64,000 nucleotides of DNA from an uncultured Microthrixaceae bacterium (GTDB taxonomy: Bacteria > Actinomycetota > Acidimicrobiia > Acidimicrobiales > VFJN01), in assembly GCA_963721695.1 (NCBI GenBank), contig CAVRKU010000004.1:10927-74926 (forward strand). Direction: 5' to 3'. This document shows, in pieces, positions 54,594 to 64,000 of the stretch. A model generated the notes under the pieces. That model did not search any database. It was not told where the DNA came from and was given only the letters and a program-made list of their open reading frames with translations. Positions within the stretch are counted from its first letter, which is position 1, and every line of letters starts with the position of its first letter. The translations under genes and the position numbers were made by a program.

Positions 54594-57500
54594 ATGAGCC
54601 CTCCCGACGACCCGCTCCTCGAGGGACTCAACCCGGTCCAGGCAGAGGCGGTCACCCACGTCGACGGGCCGCTCCTCATCGTCGCGGGCGCCGGTTCGGG
54701 CAAGACCCGGGTGCTCACGCACCGCATCGCCCACCTGATCCGCGACCAGGGCATCAGCCCCTTCGAGATCCTCGCCATCACGTTCACCAACAAGGCGGCG
54801 GACGAGATGAAGTACCGCGTCGGGGCGCTCGTCGGCCCGGTGGCGGAGAAGATGTGGGTGTCGACGTTCCACTCGGCCTGCGTGCGGATCCTGCGGCGGG
54901 ATGGCGACAAGCTCGGCTACCCGAAGGCGTTCACGATCTACGACCAGGCCGACGCCAACCGCCTCACGGGGTACGTGATCCGCGACCTCGGGCTCGACAT
55001 CAAGCGGTTCCCGCCTCGCTCGGTGCACGCCACGATCAGCGCGGCCAAGAACGACCACATCTCCGCTGACGCCTACGCCGAACGGGCGGGCGTCATCTAC
55101 GAACGGAAGATCGCCGACATCTTCCGCGAGTACCAGGCGCGGCTCCAGCGGGCGGGGGCGATGGACTTCGACGACCTGCTCGGCAACACCGTCACCCTCT
55201 TCCAGAACCACCCCGACGTGCTCGAGAGCTACCGCCGCCGCTTCAAGCACGTCATGGTCGACGAGTACCAGGACACCAACACCGTCCAGAACGAGATGGT
55301 CCTGCTCCTCACCAGGGAGCACCGCAACGTCTGCGTCGTCGGCGACGGCGACCAGTGCCTCCCCACCGGCACGATGGTCACGACGCCCGACCGGGCCCAA
55401 GCCGATCGAGGAGATCCAGGTCGGCGACAAGGTGATGGGCACCGGTGGCCACTTCACGCAGGTGCCGGGCAGGGTCACCGAGGTCAAGCAAGGCGAGTGG
55501 TCCGGCCGCCAGTACTTCGTCCGGGCGGGTGGTCACACCCTCCAGGGCACGCCTCACCACATCGTCTTCGCCGACACGATGCTCGACCACGACAAGTGGC
55601 TCGTCTACCTCATGCACAAGAAGGACCGCGGTTGGCGGATCGGCGTGACGAGCTCCGTCCGGGTGGACAGGAAGGGTCAGCCGGCGCCCGGACCCCGCGT
55701 CCGCATCAACCAAGAGCACGCTGATGAGCTCTGGTTCCTCAGGATCTGCGACTCGCGAGAGGACGCCTCGATGTGGGAGGCCTTCTTCGCGGCGGAGTAC
55801 GGGCTGCCGACGGCGCTCTTCCACGGCATCGGCCGGAAGCTCCTGATGGGCGAGCCGCGCCTCGAACAGCTCTACGACATGCTCGACACCGGAGTCGCGC
55901 GCCAAGATGCCTCATGGAGGACCTCGATCTCCATCGCAGAGTTCCCGCACATGCGGCCGACAGCCGGTCGGCGGCGGGACACGCTCACCCTGTCGATGTT
56001 CGGCGGTGAGCGTCGCTGGGGCGAGCGGGCGGGCTCGTCGCCCACCATCGGGTGCAGTGGTGCTCCAACCGAGTCGACGTCGCCGAGCGGTTGAGCGATG
56101 GCTGGGCTTCTCGATCCGCCCGATCCACGGCAGCCACCAGCGTTCGAGGTGCACGCGCAGGGACTACGTGGACGCGGTCGAGGCCGCAACCCGTGCTGCC
56201 GAGCGTTGCTGGGCTCACGATCCAGCGACGGGCGCAGATCGGCGACCGGGTGTGGGACTGCGTGCCGCTGTCGCATCTGCGTACCAGGGATGCACGTGCT
56301 CGTCGACGACGGCAGTGGAGGGTCTCGTCCCCACACGCGTCGATGAGGTGGACACGGTCGTGTACGACGGGCCGGTGTACGACCTCGAGGTCGACGGGAC
56401 GCACAACTTCGTCGCCGAGCACATCTGCGTCCGGAACAGCATCTACAAGTTCAGGGGTGCGGACATGAGGAACATCCTCGAGTTCGAGAACGCCTTTCCT
56501 GACGTCACGATCGTGGTGCTGGAGCAGAACTACCGGTCGACGCAGACGATCCTCGACGCCGCCAACGCCGTCATCGGGAACAACCTCGAGCCGCAAGCCC
56601 AAGGAGCTGTGGACCGATCGGGGCGACGGCAACCCGATCGTGCGGTACCACGGCGACGACGAGGTGGACGAAGCCCAGTGGGTCACCCGCGAGATCGCCA
56701 AGCTGCACGACGGCGGCGACCTGCGCTGGGCCGACGTCGCCGTCTTCTACCGCACCAACGCCCAGAGCCGGGTGGTGGAGGAGAACCTCACCCGCATGGG
56801 CGTGCCGTACAAGGTGATCGGCGGCACCCGCTTCTACGACCGGCGTGAGATCAAGGACGCGCTGGCCTACCTGAAGGCGGTGATCAACCCGCAGGACGAG
56901 GTGTCCGTGAAGCGGATCCTCAACACGCCCGAAGCGCGGCATCGGCGACTCGAGCATCGGCAAGCTCGACGCCTACGCGTCCGGTCGGGGCCTGGCGTTC
57001 ACGGATGCCCTCCGGCGCGCCGACGACGCCGGCATCACCGGCACCGCGGTGAAGGGGATCGCCCGCTACCTCGAGCTGGTCGACGGGGTGGCCGACCTCG
57101 CCGCCGACGACAAGCCGGCGCCGCTGCTGCAGGCGCTGCTCGACCGCTCGGGCTACCTCATCGAGCTCCAGGAGGAGCGCACCATCGAGGCGGAGGGTCG
57201 GCTCGAGAACCTGGCGGAGCTGGTCGGCTCGGCGGAGGAGGCCGAGAGCATCGACCTGTTCCTCGAGCAGGTGAGCCTCGTCAGCGACGCCGACGAGATC
57301 GACGGCGACGACAGCCAGGTGATGCTCATGACCGTCCACGCGGCGAAGGGCCTCGAGTTCCCGGCCGTGTTCATCATGGGTCTGGAGGAGGGCGTCTTCC
57401 CCCACCTCCGCTCGATCGGCGAACCCGACGAGATGGAGGAGGAGCGTCGCCTCGCCTACGTCGCCATCACGCGCGCGCAAGAGCGCCTGTACCTGACCCA

Positions 57501-57910
57501 CGCGTGGAGCCGCACGCTCTACGGCGGCACGCAGTACAACCCGCCCAGCCGCTTCCTGGATGAGATCCCGGCGCGGCTCGTCGAAGCCCACGAGCAGAAG
57601 CGAGCCAGCCGCGGCGGCCGCACCTACGGCGGCGGTGGCTACGGCTCCCGGGGCGCGGGGATCGACGCCAACAAGGATCGCATCGTCGAGCGCGCGCTGC
57701 GGGGGAGCAGCACCGGCACCGGGCCCGCCAAGCACGGCGCGGAGGGCATGGGGCTGAAGGTCGGCGACGACGTCGTGCACGCCACCTTCGGCGAGGGCGT
57801 GATCCTGCTCATCGAGGGCGCAGGGCGACAAGGCCGAGACGGTGATCCGCTTCCCGGGCGTGGGCGAGAAGCGGCTGCTGCTGTCCTGGGCGCCCATCAA
57901 GAAGGCTTGA
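54594..57910 (+). CDS. pcrA: ATP-dependent DNA helicase PcrA/UvrD, interrupted by an intein; several apparent indels
   Basis: [31 protein letters not shown] | intein | [39 protein letters not shown] and [13 protein letters not shown]. Confidence 0.9.
55356..56437 (+). mobile_element. Intein (about 360 aa) inserted between GDGDQ and SIYKFRGA of PcrA
   Basis: Block A: [13 protein letters not shown]. Block B: GTPHHIV. C-terminal blocks: [21 protein letters not shown] followed by +1 Ser. The central domain of about 200 aa has no LAGLIDADG or HNH motif that I can see. The length of 1082 nt is not divisible by 3, so there are internal indels. Confidence 0.8.
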
Positions 57911-57911
57911 G

Positions 57912-58386
57912 TTGCCGGTCGTCGCCGTCGAGACCGACGCGGACTGGGCGGACGGTCGAGCGCCTGATCCGGGCCTACCTCGCGTCGCTCCCGTTCGAGG
58001 TCGACTTCCAGGACCTCGATGGCGAGCTCGGCGACCTGCCCTCGAGCTACGGGCCGCCGGACGGCGCCGCCCGACTGGTGCGCGGCGACGACGGCGTGGC
58101 GGTCGGGGTCGTCGGGGTCCGCCGCTTCGACGAGCACGACGCGGAGCTGAAGCGGATGTACCTCGAGCCGGCGGCCCGCGGGACGGGCGCCGGCCGGGCG
58201 TTGGCCGAGGCGGCCATCGCGGCCGCCCGCTCGCTGGGCTACCGGCGGCTGCTGCTCGACACCGTCTCCCGGTTGGCCACCGCCATCGCCATCTACGAGG
58301 CGCTGGGGTTCGTCGAGATCGACGCCTACCGCCACAACCCGATGGCCGACGCGCGGTACTTCGCCCTCGACCTCACGCGGCCGTAG
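57912..58386 (+). CDS. GNAT-family N-acetyltransferase (apparent frameshift near 57950)
   Basis: GVVGVRRFDEHDAELKRMYLEPAARGTGAGRALAEAAI...LLLDT...AIAIYEALGF. Confidence 0.75.
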
Positions 58387-58399
58387 CCGAGCGCTCGAT

Positions 58400-58792
58400 C
58401 AGCCGGTCGTGTCGGCGATGAGCACGGAGCAGGCGGCACCGTGGGCGATGGAGTTGGGCACGCTGCCGAGCACCCGACGGGCGCCGTGCATGCCCTTGTT
58501 GCCCACCACGACGAGATCGGCGCCGCACCTCGTCGGCCACCATCAGGACCGTGTCGGCCGGGTCGCCGGGGATGGCATGGAGCTGCACCTTGACCGGCGC
58601 GGCGGCCTGGAGCGACGCGAGGTACGCCTCGGCGTCCTTGCGCGACGCGCTGTCCAGGGCGGTGCCGCCCTTGCTGAACGCCATCACCAGATGGAGCTCG
58701 GCCTTGTAGCGCTCGGCCAGGTCGAGGGCCACCTCGACCGCCCGCTTGGCTGAGTCGGTCTTGGCCACGCCGACCACGATTCGCCCGTACAT
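58400..58792 (-). CDS. Universal stress protein (apparent frameshift near 58530)
   Basis: MYGRIVVGVAKTDSAKRAVEVALDLA...; the C-terminus DLVVVGNKGMHGARRVLGSVPNSIAHGAACSVLI is in another frame. Confidence 0.8.
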
Positions 58793-58915
58793 CGCTCCAC
58801 CCCTCGATCCGCTGCTCGAACTGGCTGCCGGGACGCTATCCGGAAGTGACGGCGGCGTCCTCCGGGCCGCGCTCGGGTGGCGGGCATCGGGCCGGCCCCG
58901 GTAGACCGGTCGCGC

Positions 58916-60428
58916 ATGACCACCAGGTCGATCGAGCGGGCGGGGCTCCTCCTCAAGCGGGATCTGACGCTGGGCACGCTCTTCGACCGACTGGCCAAGG
59001 TGCACGGTGATCGGCAGCTCGTGACGGAGGCCGACGGCGGCCTCGACCTCACGTACGAGCAGGCGGCGAAGCGGGTCCGTCGGTGGTCCGGGGGCATCGC
59101 GGCCCAGGTCCCGCCCGGCGGCGTCGTCGTCGTGGCCACGCCGAACGGCTACGAGCAGCTGCTGCTCTGCGCCGCCGCGGCGCGAGCGGGAGCGCTCCCG
59201 GCGCCGGTGAACGACCAGATGAGCCGGGACGAGATCGCCCACGTCGTCCGCGACAGCGGGGCCGCGCTGGTGCTGAAGTCGGCCGCCGCCGTCGACCGGC
59301 ACCCCGTCCTCGGTTCGCCGGTCGGGGCCAAGCCCGAGGACGTGGCGGCGCTCTTCTACACGTCGGGCACGACCGGCACGCCGAAGGGTGCCGCGCTCAG
59401 CCACCGGGCGCTCGTCGGGCCAGGTGGCCAGCGCCGCGCTGTGGCCCGCTCGCCTGCACCGCGACGAGGCCGTGATCGCGCTGCCGGTGGCGCACATCAT
59501 GGGCTTCGCGGTGCTGATCGGGCTCGCGGTGGCAGGCATCCCGACCTACCTGCTGCCGCGCTTCAACCCCGTGAAGGTGCTCGATGCCATCGAGTCGCGC
59601 CGGGCGACGATGTTCGTCGGCGTGCCGGCGATGTACCGGATGCTCGAGGAGGCCCACGCCGACGAGCGGGACCTCACCTCCGTGCGGGTCTGGGCGTCCG
59701 GCGCGGACGCGATGCCGCCCGACCTGGCGGAGCGGTTCAAGCGGATGGGCGCCACGGCCACGCTCCCGCTGCTCGGAGCGGTGGGTCAGGCGGCCTTCGC
59801 GGAGGGCTACGGGATGGTCGAGGTCGGCGGCGGTGTGGCCGCCAAGCTGTCGCCGCCGTTCCTCGGCACCGGACGGGGGCCGTTCGGCGAGGCCCTGGGC
59901 TTCGCCCTCCCGGGCTACGAGATGCGCGTGGTGGACGACTCGGGGACGCCGGCGTCAGCGGGGCGGGTCGGGGAGCTGCAGGTGAAGGGGCCCGGGGTGC
60001 TCACGGCCTACTGGGGCGACGAGGAGGCGACCGCCGCCGTCTTCACCTCCGACGGGTGGCTCCGCACCGGTGACCTGGCTCGCAAGGGCCCGCTCGGGAT
60101 GGTGGTGTTCGAAGGGCGCAGCAAGCACGTGATCAAGCACGGCGGGTACAGCGTCTACGCCCTCGAGGTGGAGCAGACGCTCGAACAGCACCCCGCCGTG
60201 CTCGAGGCGAGCGTGGTGGGGCTGCCCGATGATCGCCTCGGCGAGGTCCCGGCGGCGGTCGTGCGGCTGGCCGAGGGCTCGACGTTGTCGTCCGCCGACC
60301 TGCCCGGGTGGGCCGCACGCCACCTCGCCGACTACAAGGTGCCGAAGCGCTTCGTCGCCGTCGACGAGCTCCCTCGCACCGGGACCACCAAGGTCCAGAA
60401 GGCCGAGCTGCTCGCCCTGTTCGAGTAG
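58916..60428 (+). CDS. AMP-dependent acyl-CoA synthetase/ligase (apparent indel near 59420)
   Basis: AMP-binding motif LFYTSGTTGTPKGA, GYGMVE, WLRTGDLA and PRTGTTKVQK. Confidence 0.85.
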
Positions 60429-60434
60429 GCCGCG

Positions 60435-60965
60435 CTAGCTGCCCGACGTCGTGGAGGTGGTGAGCTCGTTGATGTCGACGATGACCGTGCCGTCCTCGAC
60501 GCTCGTGGGGTAGAAGCGCAGCCCCTCACCGGTGAGCGGATAGGTGACGTCAGGGTCGCACGCGCTCACGAGCGTCCGCGCCTCGCGGTCGATCTCGACG
60601 AGGCAGGTCGGATCATCCGGGTCGAAGGCGCCGAAGGCGACCCACCCCTCGTCCGGGTCGTCGCCCGTGTGCTGCACGAAGATGTTGCGGTCCCGGCTCA
60701 CGAGATCAGGGAAGAGCGCGGGCAGCCCGTCGCCCTCGTCGATGAGGTCGATGATGTCCTCGGTGTTGCCGACCTCGAACCGCTCATCGCCGAGGTTGAT
60801 GTCCACATCGCCGCGACTCGCCGCCAGCGCGAGGAAGACGGTGACCACGGCGATGAGCACGATCGCGACCGCGGCGATGAGGAGCGCCTTGCCCGCGTGA
60901 CCCTGGCTCTGGGCTACGGGCATCGGGCCAGAGGGCTCGAGTGGCAGCGGGTCATCGGCACACAC
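60435..60965 (-). CDS. Membrane-anchored hypothetical protein
   Basis: One N-terminal TM segment ([23 protein letters not shown]) followed by an acidic extracytoplasmic domain. No recognisable family. Confidence 0.5.
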   Translation of the reverse strand: MCADDPLPLEPSGPMPVAQSQGHAGKALLIAAVAIVLIAVVTVFLALAASRGDVDINLGDERFEVGNTEDIIDLIDEGDGLPALFPDLVSRDRNIFVQHTGDDPDEGWVAFGAFDPDDPTCLVEIDREARTLVSACDPDVTYPLTGEGLRFYPTSVEDGTVIVDINELTTSTTSGS

Positions 60966-61009
60966 CTAGTATCGGCCGACCTGCCGCCACGTCGGAAACC
61001 GAGGAGTGC

Positions 61010-62160
61010 ATGGACCTCTACGAGTACCAGGGCAAGCAGTTCTTCGCGACCTACGGGATCCCCGTCAGCCCGGGCGAGGCCGTCACGACCGTCGACGAGG
61101 CCGTGGCCGCCGCCGATCGCATCGGCTACCCGGTGGTGGTGAAGGCACAGGTGCAGGTCGGTGGCCGCGGCAAGGCGGGCGGCATCAAGCTCGCCGAACG
61201 ACGCCGACGAGGTGCGGACCCACGCCGGGAACATCCTCGGCATGGACATCAAGGGCCACACGGTCGAGATCGTCTGGATCGAGCTCGCCTCCGACATCGC
61301 CGAGGAGTACTACGCCAGCTTCACCCTCGACCGGTCCGCCAAGAAGCACCTCGGCATGCTGTCGGCCCAGGGCGGGGTGGAGATCGAGGCCGTGGCGGAG
61401 AGCGACCCGGATGCCATCGCCAAGATCTGGATCGACCCGGTCGACGGGCTCACCGAGGAGGCCGCGAGGGCATGGGTCGCGGCGGCCAACCTCAACCCGG
61501 CGGCCACGGAGGGCACGGTCGACATCCTCCGCAAGCTCTACACCGCCTACACCGAGGGCGACGCCGACCTGACGGAGATCAACCCGCTCATCCTGAAGCC
61601 CACCGGTGAGGTCCACGCCCTCGACGCGAAGGTCAGCCTCGACGGCAGCTCCGAGTTCCGCCACCCGGACTATGCGCAGTACGACGCCACCCAGGTGCGC
61701 GACGAGCGCGAGCAGGCCGCGCACGCCAAGGGGCTTCAGTACGTCGGGCTCGGAGGGCTTCGTCGGCGTCATCGCCAACGGCGCCGGGCTGGCCATGTCC
61801 ACCGTCGACATCGTCAACCAGGTCGGCGGGAAGCCCGCCAACTTCCTCGACATCGGCGGCGGCGCCAACGCCGACGTCATGGCGGGCGCGCTCGAGGTGA
61901 TCACCAACGACCCCGACGTGCGCTCGATCTTCATCAACATCTTCGGGGGCATCACGAAGGGCGACGAGGTCGCCAACGGGATCATCACCGCGCTGGGTCG
62001 GGTGGACATCGACGTCCCGATCGTGATCCGGCTCGACGGCACCAACGCCGACGAGGGACGCGCGCTCCTCGAACCCCACCTGTCCGACCAGCTGCAGCTC
62101 AAGCCGACCATGGTCGAAGCCGCTGAGGCCGCCGTCGCCGCTGCTGGCGGCGGGAACTAG
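61010..62160 (+). CDS. sucC: Succinate--CoA ligase beta subunit (apparent indels near 61195 and 61755)
   Basis: [12 protein letters not shown]...[21 protein letters not shown]; ...EINPL...; [15 protein letters not shown]...NIFGGIT, across three frames. Confidence 0.92.
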
Positions 62161-62169
62161 GAGGCTCCG

Positions 62170-63066
62170 ATGAGCATCTTCGTCGACGACAAGACCAAGG
62201 TCGTGTACCAGGGCCTGACCGGCTCGCAAGGCCGCTTCTACGGCCTGCTGAACCGTGACTACGGCACCCAGGTGGTGGCCGGCACGAACCCCAAGAAGGC
62301 GGGCACGGACGTGGACGGGATCCCCGTGTACGCCAACGTCGCCGAGGCCGTCGCGGCCACCGGTGCGACGGCGTCGTGCATCTTCATCCCCGCCCCCGGC
62401 GTGAAGGACGCGGTCATGGAGGCCGCCGAGGGCGGCGTGAAGCTCATCGTCGCCATCACCGAGGGCGTGCCTGCCCACGACGAGGCGTGGTTCTACAACA
62501 AGCTCGAGCGGGACTTCCCCGAGGTCCAGCTCCTCGGCCCCAACTGCCCCGGCATCATCAGCCCCGGCAAGGCGAACATCGGCATCACCGCCGGCCACAT
62601 CGCCAAGGCTCCCGTCGAGGGCCGACCCAACGTCGGCATCGTGAGCCGGTCGGGGACGCTGACCTATCAGGCGCTCTACGAGCTCAAGCTCAACGACATC
62701 GGGGTGACCACGTGCGTGGGCATCGGCGGTGACCCGGTGCCGGGGACCAGCTTCATCGACTGCCTCCGCGCCTTCGAGGCCGACCCCGACACGCGAGCCG
62801 TGATGATGATCGGCGAGATCGGTGGGTCGGCCGAGGAAGAGGCCGCCACCTTCATCGCCGACGAGATGACCAAGCCGGTCGTGTCCTACATCGCCGGCGT
62901 GACCGCGCCCGCGGGCAAGAAGATGGGCCATGCCGGGGCCATCGTGTCCGGGGGCAAGGGGACGGCGGCCGCCAAGCAGGACGCGCTGCGGGCGGCCGGC
63001 GTGCACATCGGCCAGAACCCCACGGAGGCCGGCACGCTCATGGTCGAGGTCGTCGCCCAGCTGTAG
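62170..63066 (+). CDS. sucD: Succinate--CoA ligase alpha subunit
   Basis: VYQGLTGSQGRF..., SRSGTLTYQ, and MGHAGAIVSGGKGTA (phosphohistidine loop). Confidence 0.95.
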   Translation: MSIFVDDKTKVVYQGLTGSQGRFYGLLNRDYGTQVVAGTNPKKAGTDVDGIPVYANVAEAVAATGATASCIFIPAPGVKDAVMEAAEGGVKLIVAITEGVPAHDEAWFYNKLERDFPEVQLLGPNCPGIISPGKANIGITAGHIAKAPVEGRPNVGIVSRSGTLTYQALYELKLNDIGVTTCVGIGGDPVPGTSFIDCLRAFEADPDTRAVMMIGEIGGSAEEEAATFIADEMTKPVVSYIAGVTAPAGKKMGHAGAIVSGGKGTAAAKQDALRAAGVHIGQNPTEAGTLMVEVVAQL

Positions 63067-63125
63067 CGCGGCAGTCGTCCCGAGCCGACGCCGGGACGAT
63101 CACGAGATGCGCGAACGTGGCGGCC

Positions 63126-64000
63126 ATGGCCGCACGGTCGCCCCTGCTGCTCCTGGCCGTGCCGCTGCTCCTCCTCGTCGCGTGCACCGACGACCCCGCG
63201 GCCGCTCCCGCCGAGACCTCGTCGACCACGGCGACCACGCCGCCCACGACGACGACCCGCCCGCCGACCACGACCACCACGGAGCCGCCCATCGCCTGGG
63301 CCCTCGTGCCGGCCGGGCCGCCACGGGCCGTCGTCACCCCCAACGGCGTCGTGCTGGCCGTGCTCGCCACCAACCCCGACGGTTCGTTCGTGGCCCGGGC
63401 GCCGTGCGGTGGGGAGGTGACCGTCACCGGTCGGGCGCTCGGCGGGGCGAACGTCGTGCTCGATCCGGGGCACGGCGGCGACGAGCCCGGTGCCGTCGGC
63501 CCCGCCGGCACCACCGAGAAGGCCGTGAACCTGGCCATCGCCCAGCAGACGGCCCGGCGGCTCGAGGCCCTCGGCGCGTCGGTCGTGCTGACCCGAACCG
63601 CCGACTACCGCATCACGCTCGCGAGCCGCGCGGCGGTGGCAACGAGCCTGCGCCCCCAGCTGTTCGTGTCGATCCACCACAACGCCGCCCCCGACGGCCC
63701 GCGCGACGGGCCGGGTTCCGAGACGTACTTCCAGCTCGCGTCGCCGGACTCCAAGCGGGCGGCGGGGCTGGTGTACGAGGAGCTGGTCGACGCCTTCGCG
63801 GCGTACGACGTCGCCTGGGTGGCGGATCGGGACGCCGGCGCCAAGTACCGCCGGCGCGCCGATGGCAGCGACTACTACGGCATCCTCCACCGGACGGCGG
63901 GCGTGCCGGCGGTCCTCGCCGAGGCGGCGTTCATCTCGAACGCCCCCGAGGAGGCCCTGCTCGCCGATCCTGCGTTCCAGGCCGTCGAGGCCCAGGCCCT
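63126..64000 (+). CDS. N-acetylmuramoyl-L-alanine amidase lipoprotein (3' end lies outside the window)
   Basis: Signal peptide with lipobox LLLVAC, a Thr/Pro linker, then Amidase_3 motifs VVLDPGHGGDEPGAVG, SIHHNA and GSETYF. Confidence 0.8.
   Translation, partial: MAARSPLLLLAVPLLLLVACTDDPAAAPAETSSTTATTPPTTTTRPPTTTTTEPPIAWALVPAGPPRAVVTPNGVVLAVLATNPDGSFVARAPCGGEVTVTGRALGGANVVLDPGHGGDEPGAVGPAGTTEKAVNLAIAQQTARRLEALGASVVLTRTADYRITLASRAAVATSLRPQLFVSIHHNAAPDGPRDGPGSETYFQLASPDSKRAAGLVYEELVDAFAAYDVAWVADRDAGAKYRRRADGSDYYGILHRTAGVPAVLAEAAFISNAPEEALLADPAFQAVEAQA

Overview
This is a high-GC (about 70%) chromosomal segment. Its gene order looks like Actinomycetota, possibly Acidimicrobiia, but that is inferred from synteny only. 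Layout: (1) 1-17.2 kb holds the S10/spc/alpha ribosomal superoperon (rplB to rplQ, with secY, adk, map, infA and rpoA), then truA and rplM-rpsI-glmM. (2) 17.3-28.4 kb holds an unusually long GlmS-like gene, acpS, nnr, alr, tsaE-tsaB-rimI-tsaD and CIRCE-controlled groES-groEL. (3) 28.4-33.2 kb is a minus-strand RNA repair and quality-control island and the main finding. It contains rsr (Ro60/TROVE), preceded by two tandem Y-RNA-like genes, one of which has a complete circularly permuted tRNA-like domain. Upstream of those are 8 tightly packed tRNA genes, an irregular tRNA-derived segment, a third Y-like module, one more tRNA, rtcB (RNA 3'-phosphate ligase) and 7 more tRNA genes. CBS, dus and maf genes lie further upstream on the same strand. 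Many of the 16 tRNAs are separated by only 1-4 nt, most encode CCA, and about half have non-canonical features. (4) 35.7-64 kb holds NUDIX, nitronate monooxygenase, guaB, a STAND/HTH regulator, an alpha/beta hydrolase, a response regulator, a guaB3-like gene, guaA, an LLM oxidoreductase, a dienelactone hydrolase, a SulP permease plus ArsR, a sulfatase, an isochorismatase, pcrA interrupted by an intein, GNAT, USP, an acyl-CoA synthetase, sucCD and an amidase. Caveat: single-base frameshifts interrupt many genes, including essential ones (rpsC, rplN, adk, map, rpoA, groEL, sucC and others). Most are therefore probably sequencing or assembly indels, and CDS coordinates give the reconstructed gene span rather than one uninterrupted ORF. 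All RNA folds and domain calls were made by eye, without tools.
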